Shown piece after piece: positions 59,455 through 64,000 of a DNA stretch of 64,000 nt. The notes below the pieces were generated by a model. The model worked only from the letters and a program-made list of their open reading frames with translations, made no database searches and was not told where the DNA came from. Each line of letters starts with the position of its first letter. Positions within the stretch are counted from its first letter, which is position 1. Both the position numbers and the translations under genes were made by a program. The DNA comes from Cyanobacteria bacterium P01_D01_bin.156 (GTDB lineage: Bacteria > Cyanobacteriota > Cyanobacteriia > Phormidesmidales > Phormidesmidaceae), in NCBI GenBank assembly GCA_039024555.1, contig JBCCQQ010000007.1, positions 1 to 64,000 on the forward strand, read 5' to 3'.

Positions 59455-60012
59455 TTAATTCAGTAATTTGCGAGCGAGCAGCCAAACTTCGCATCTACCC
59501 AGATGCGGATCATCGGGCTGCAGTTGGTGCATCGTGTTGCGAATGGCAAACGCTGTATCACAATCGTCAATCAAGCCAAAACTGTTAACATTCGATGGAT
59601 GAAATGCGTCAGGAATTGAACCACAGTTGGTTAGTGTACTGTTACCAAAGTAGGCATCCATAATGTCGTAACCACAGGCGGTAAAGCCTGGAGGCACTTT
59701 ATGGATAACAGATGGGCATTCCATGACAGCAAGTACCTGATGTTTTGCTGGGTCCAGTGGTTGGCGTGTGAGCAGATAGTCAAGATTATGAAATAACCCT
59801 GTACGAAAGTCTTGGTGTATATTGTGCTGCCAGTCTTCGGACCGTAGTTCAGTGACGAGATCAGGACACATCATGGAATCTAGGGTGATTAGTTCTGTGA
59901 TGTGGATAAAGCCAGAAAAGGCTTGGTAGCTTTCAAAGCGTCCTTTCTGATCCGCTGTTAAACGCTCGCGAAGGGTATAGAGCCAATTGTGCGCGAGTTC
60001 CGGACTTACCAT
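59455..60012 (-). CDS. Hypothetical protein
   Basis: 185 aa ORF whose start overlaps the GNAT stop (translational coupling). Confidence 0.7.
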   Translation of the reverse strand: MVSPELAHNWLYTLRERLTADQKGRFESYQAFSGFIHITELITLDSMMCPDLVTELRSEDWQHNIHQDFRTGLFHNLDYLLTRQPLDPAKHQVLAVMECPSVIHKVPPGFTACGYDIMDAYFGNSTLTNCGSIPDAFHPSNVNSFGLIDDCDTAFAIRNTMHQLQPDDPHLGRCEVWLLARKLLN

Positions 60013-60533
60013 AGCGCTGGATCGGATAAAGATTGGACACAGGCTATTTGGGTCAGAGGTTGTTTAATACTGCGTTCGCTAAGGATTATAGCCTGCCACC
60101 CAAAGGGATACTCTAGCTTGTAGGGTGGAATATAGCTTTCAGCAGCATCGGCATTAAAGCCAAATCTACCGTAGTAATTAGGGTCACCATAAACAAAAAG
60201 AATATCCACATCCACGATCGACAGCTGTTCCATGCCGGTTTCGATTAGCTGCGAACCAATGCGACGTTTTTGGTATTCGGGTTTAACAGCAAGGGGGGCC
60301 AGAATATAGCCTTTGCTATCACTGCTATCAAGAGTGACAGGACTAAAAGCCATGTGACCGACCACATTATCCTCACTTTCAGCCACCAAAGAGATGACTG
60401 AAGGCGTTGTTTTTTCTAACAGCAGGTTGATTGCCAGTTTGGCAACAACCTCTCGTTCACTCTCAGGAAAAGCAGACCAATGAACATTGTGAATATTGTC
60501 TTGATCACGATGTGTTGCTACTCGTATATGCAT
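60006..60533 (-). CDS. GNAT N-acetyltransferase (YhbS-like)
   Basis: SLVAE...VVGHMAFSPV, LAPLAVKPEYQKRRIGSQLI, VYGDPNYYGRFGF; AGGA RBS. Confidence 0.9.
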   Translation of the reverse strand: MHIRVATHRDQDNIHNVHWSAFPESEREVVAKLAINLLLEKTTPSVISLVAESEDNVVGHMAFSPVTLDSSDSKGYILAPLAVKPEYQKRRIGSQLIETGMEQLSIVDVDILFVYGDPNYYGRFGFNADAAESYIPPYKLEYPFGWQAIILSERSIKQPLTQIACVQSLSDPALW

Positions 60534-60567
60534 GATTGACTCCTTTATGAAAGCTGAGAGGCAATAA

Positions 60568-60664
60568 GGGCTTGTTAAAAATTAGAATCATGGCCTTGTG
60601 CATTTAAATCATGACTTAACAAGCTTTTCAGGCTTAAACCGTGAAGTAGTTTCTTAACAGCTCA
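60568..60664. mobile_element. ~97 bp MITE, family A, copy 2
   Basis: Near-identical to 12539-12638 (3 bp indel, a few substitutions); flanked by TAA...TAA. Confidence 0.75.
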
Positions 60665-60962
60665 TAAGAGTAAGTTAATACCTGGTAGATACTTTTTGTT
60701 TCTCTGATTGCATAGTGTTAGCTATCTTATAAACACAATATGGCTATGCTAGGTCACCCAGCACAATCTTATCTGATTCTGAAAGGGGCCAAACGGATAT
60801 TGCCTGCGACAAGTTGTGGAGTAATCGAGTAGTTTATTGTCCCCTCCGGCGCATTGATACAGCTTTGGGACATATGTCCTATTCAATTTAGGAAGTTTGG
60901 TACAAGCGCTGATCGGGGCAGATTGCATAGGATAAACATGTTCCAAACAAGGGAACATATTT

Positions 60963-61400
60963 ATGACTAATCGGAGCATTCTTATGCAATTTCGACTCAC
61001 ACGCAAACAAATCATCAACGCATTTTTACTAGTCGCTTTAGGAATCGGAAGTCTCAGCATTCAGCCCGCTGCTGCTCAGGTTAGCCGGAGCGCCTTTCGA
61101 GAAACAGCAGAAGAACTCGGTTTAAGCCGTTCGCAAATGCGAGAGGTAGGCGGTATCATGCGAAGTTTGAATTCTGAAGTTGAGGATATTCTCACGACTG
61201 AGCAGTTCGAGTTGATAAAAGCTGCCCGTGAGGAACAAAATCAGGATCCTCAGGCGCTACAGGAGGACCTCAATTTAACCGATTCCCAGGCGGAACAGCT
61301 AGCCTTAGCACGCCGAGAAACAGTTGTTGAGCTTCGCCAAGTACTCACTCCCACTCAACTTCAAGGGATTATGGACATGGCTGGGTTTACCCAGTTCTAA
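60963..61400 (+). CDS. Periplasmic Spy/CpxP-like (LTxxQ) protein
   Basis: Signal peptide ...PAAAQ; LGLSRSQ, ILTTEQ, LNLTDSQ, VLTPTQ motifs. Confidence 0.7.
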   Translation: MTNRSILMQFRLTRKQIINAFLLVALGIGSLSIQPAAAQVSRSAFRETAEELGLSRSQMREVGGIMRSLNSEVEDILTTEQFELIKAAREEQNQDPQALQEDLNLTDSQAEQLALARRETVVELRQVLTPTQLQGIMDMAGFTQF

Positions 61401-61435
61401 AGAAGATTTCATTGTGTTAAGGACACCTCCACACC

Positions 61436-61480
61436 AAAACTCCTCTTAATCTGATTTAAGAGGCTAAGAGGAGTTTTTTT
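61436..61480 (+). terminator. Intrinsic terminator-like hairpin inside the putative operon
   Basis: aaaactcctctta/taagaggagtttt followed by further Ts. Confidence 0.65.
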
Positions 61481-61497
61481 CCATATTCGGTATTACG

Positions 61498-62850
61498 ATG
61501 AATAATCATCCTGGTGCTAGTAGGACACTAGCGATCTCAACTGAAAAATCGATTGCACCTAAACCACAGAAAAAAGCGAACCGTCATTGGCCTTGGTTTG
61601 TAGGCATACTGAGTCTAATTTTGTTCCTGGGACTAGGGGTCGCTCGTCGCTCATCTGCGCCTCGTAACTCTGAGTCTCTGGAAGCATTGACGGTCCCAGT
61701 AACCCGTGAACCTTTGGCTATTCGGGTTGAGGGCAGCGGCACTGTAATCTCGAAAGATACTGTTAACCTTAGCCCAAAAACAACCGGCCGTTTGGCCGAG
61801 CTCAATGTCCAGCAAGGCGATCGAGTTGAGACAGGTCAGGTGGTTGCACGTATGGAAGTGGGCAGCTTGGCGGCTGAGCTACAGCAGCGAGAAGCAAATC
61901 TGGACCAAGCTGAGGCCGATTATGCCAGAATTTTAGCAGGCAATCGCGAAGAGGATATTCTCCAGGCTGAAGCGCGTTTGGTGGCGGCCCAATCCCAAGC
62001 AGATTTGACAACAGCGCGCCTTGTAAGGTTTGAAGATTTAGCCCAACAGGGAGCAATTTCTCAGGATGAGCTAGATCAGTATGTGAATGAAGCCCAAAAT
62101 GCAGCAGCAAATTTTGATGAAGTGCAGCAACAGTTACAAGCAACCACCAATGGCTCGCGCCCTGAAGAGATTGCAGCGGCAGCAGCCAATGTAGCAGCGG
62201 CACAGGCACAGATCAAAGTCATTGAAACCGAACTATCGGAGGCCAACATCCGCGCTCCTTTTGATGGGTATGTTACCCAAACCTATGCCACCATTGGGGC
62301 AATTGTGACGCCTACGACAACTGCTTCGGCGACAGCTTCCGCTACATCTAGTTCTATTTTGGCACTGTCTTCGGGGCTGGAAGTTGAAGTAGATATTTTA
62401 GAAGCTAACATTGGCCAGATTGAGGTGGGTCAAATGGTTGAGATTGTGGCAGAAGCATTTCCTAACCAGGTCTACACAGGTCGGGTGCAGCGAATTGCCC
62501 CAGAAGCCATCATTGAGAATAACGTCACCACATTTCAGGTTGTGGTCGAACTATTGACCGGAGCTGACCAACTAAAGTCAGGGATGACAGTGGATGCTAT
62601 TTTCCTGGGTGAGACGTTAGCCAATGCTTTGATGGTGCCGACTGTTGCGATCGCAACCCAAGATGGAGAGCTGGGTGTACAGAGGCCCGATAGCGAGGGA
62701 AATGTCACCTTTCAACCCGTAACTGTCGGCGTCACCCAGGCTGGGAACACCCAAATTGTTCAAGGATTGGAAATAGGCGATCAAATCTTTCTAGAACTTC
62801 CTCCAGAAACGAGACGTCGCCGTGGCGGATCTAGATCATTTCCGCCTTAG
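61498..62850 (+). CDS. Efflux periplasmic adaptor (HlyD/MacA family)
   Basis: TM anchor, VNLSPKTTGRL..V.QGDRV..GQ, coiled coil, IRAPFDG, LKSGMTV, GLEIGD. Confidence 0.92.
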   Translation: MNNHPGASRTLAISTEKSIAPKPQKKANRHWPWFVGILSLILFLGLGVARRSSAPRNSESLEALTVPVTREPLAIRVEGSGTVISKDTVNLSPKTTGRLAELNVQQGDRVETGQVVARMEVGSLAAELQQREANLDQAEADYARILAGNREEDILQAEARLVAAQSQADLTTARLVRFEDLAQQGAISQDELDQYVNEAQNAAANFDEVQQQLQATTNGSRPEEIAAAAANVAAAQAQIKVIETELSEANIRAPFDGYVTQTYATIGAIVTPTTTASATASATSSSILALSSGLEVEVDILEANIGQIEVGQMVEIVAEAFPNQVYTGRVQRIAPEAIIENNVTTFQVVVELLTGADQLKSGMTVDAIFLGETLANALMVPTVAIATQDGELGVQRPDSEGNVTFQPVTVGVTQAGNTQIVQGLEIGDQIFLELPPETRRRRGGSRSFPP

Positions 62851-62937
62851 AAAATCAAGTTTGCACAAATCACACTTTTTTGAAGCTACGCTAAGAAAGA
62901 TTTATCAATACTACAAAACACCTAGCACACTTGACCC

Positions 62938-64000
62938 ATGGGATTCAATGTTTTTGAAAATGCCAAAATGGCCGTCAAAACCCTAGCGGCCAACAAAATG
63001 CAAAGTGGCCTCACTATGCTAGGAATTATCATTGGCAATGCATCTGTCATTGCTATGGTAGCTGCTGGAGAAGCCGCCCAAGAATTTGTCACTGCACAAT
63101 TTGAATCCCTAGGAACTAATCTACTATTTATTACCCCTGGTGACGCTCAACGAGGGCCATTATCTGGCGTGGCCCAGGCCGATACCCTCACATTAGCGGA
63201 TGCTACAGCCATAAGCCAAGAAGTATCAACAGTCCGTGCTGTTGCACCTCAAAAGAGTACACGGTTACGTATTGTCCAGGGGGCTGCAGAGACCCAATCT
63301 AGTATTACAGGAACAACTCCAGACTATTCAGTTGTTCGAGATATCCAGATGGCTCAAGGCCAGTTCTTAACTTCGATTGATCTCCACACCAACGCTCGAG
63401 TGGCTGTTCTGGGTAGTGAAACCGCTCGCACATTGTTTGGCAGTCAAGAGCCGGTCGGACGTAAAATCCGCATTAATAACCTCAGCTTTACAGTAAACGG
63501 TGTTGTGAAAGAACGTGGTTCTTCATCTGGCCAAAATGAAGATGAGGCCGTTTATATTCCAATTAATGTGATGGTGAGTCAGCTAACAGGTCAAGAAACC
63601 GGCAAAATCAGCCCAACGGTCCAGGTGATTTCAGTGTCTTTAAAAAGCCCGGATATGACCAATGCAGCCATTTATCAAATTAGAAATTTATTACGTCTAC
63701 GCCACAACATTTTGCAAGGGGACGACGACTTTTCCTTACAAAGTCAGCAGGAATTATTGGAGCGATCTAGCAGCATCACCGACATTCTAGTTCTTGTCCT
63801 AGGCTTTACTGCCGGTATCTCACTGTTGGTGGGGGGCATTGGCATTATGAACATCATGTTGGTATCGGTGACAGAACGTACGGGAGAAATCGGTCTCCGC
63901 AAAGCCATCGGGGCTACTGGGGCAGATATTTTATCCCAGTTCACCATTGAAGCCGTCATCCTAGCAGCAACGGGCGGCATGATTGGCATTGGTGTAGGTC
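62938..64000 (+). CDS. MacB/FtsX-type ABC permease (3' truncated by the window end)
   Basis: Own translation: MGFNVFENAKMAVKTLAANKMQSGLTMLGIIIGNASVIAM...ISLLVGGIGIMNIMLVSVTERTGEIGLRKAIGA; missing from the ORF track, presumably because no stop falls inside the window. Confidence 0.92.
   Translation, partial: MGFNVFENAKMAVKTLAANKMQSGLTMLGIIIGNASVIAMVAAGEAAQEFVTAQFESLGTNLLFITPGDAQRGPLSGVAQADTLTLADATAISQEVSTVRAVAPQKSTRLRIVQGAAETQSSITGTTPDYSVVRDIQMAQGQFLTSIDLHTNARVAVLGSETARTLFGSQEPVGRKIRINNLSFTVNGVVKERGSSSGQNEDEAVYIPINVMVSQLTGQETGKISPTVQVISVSLKSPDMTNAAIYQIRNLLRLRHNILQGDDDFSLQSQQELLERSSSITDILVLVLGFTAGISLLVGGIGIMNIMLVSVTERTGEIGLRKAIGATGADILSQFTIEAVILAATGGMIGIGVG

Larger units (their letters stand above)
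750..62654. repeat. HIP1 octamer GCGATCGC, about 20 dispersed copies
   Basis: Seen at 750, 2495, 3447, 6050, 6650, 7151, 15317, 17538, 18245, 29757, 30790, 31864, 46483, 47197, 47741, 51664, 51805, 54384, 55061, 58755 and 62647; a cyanobacterial hallmark. Confidence 0.9.

Overview
A 64 kb chromosomal segment from a filamentous cyanobacterium, probably Leptolyngbya/Nodosilinea-like. About 20 HIP1 GCGATCGC sites and cyanobacteria-type genes support this. The left end is housekeeping: RNase D, a probable 6S RNA, trpB, aroE, a FutC-like ATPase, carB and rbp-rpsU. From 9.1 to 32.5 kb lies an unusual accessory cluster. It holds an LSDAT/SLOG gene downstream of a SLATT(DUF4231)-GH19 lysozyme fusion, a divergent signal-less lysozyme-like/M15 peptidase, a membrane receptor with five tandem TIR domains fused to CHASE2, and a secreted TPR protein. 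These are followed by a relic CHAT tail, two tandem haemagglutinin-CHAT (caspase-like) paralogues with different middles, a BDLP dynamin and a DnaJ-TPR protein. I propose this as a candidate TIR-to-SLOG-to-lysis immunity or programmed cell death system; this is inference. Next comes a Pix/Che-type phototaxis operon whose MCP has a recent 546 bp duplication of a DXCF cyanobacteriochrome GAF. The rest contains a MepA-like endopeptidase, a histidine kinase relic, an alpha-amylase, a kinase-WD40, a stand-alone CBCR GAF, a P-loop-degenerate adenylate kinase-thioredoxin fusion, TPR-CHAT, GDSL-PEP-CTERM, RraA, GNAT, a Spy-like protein and a MacAB-like exporter cut by the window end. Two families of short dispersed MITE-like repeats are present. 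I saw no CRISPR array, tRNA, rRNA, transposase or reverse transcriptase. All domain calls are motif recognition by eye, not database hits.
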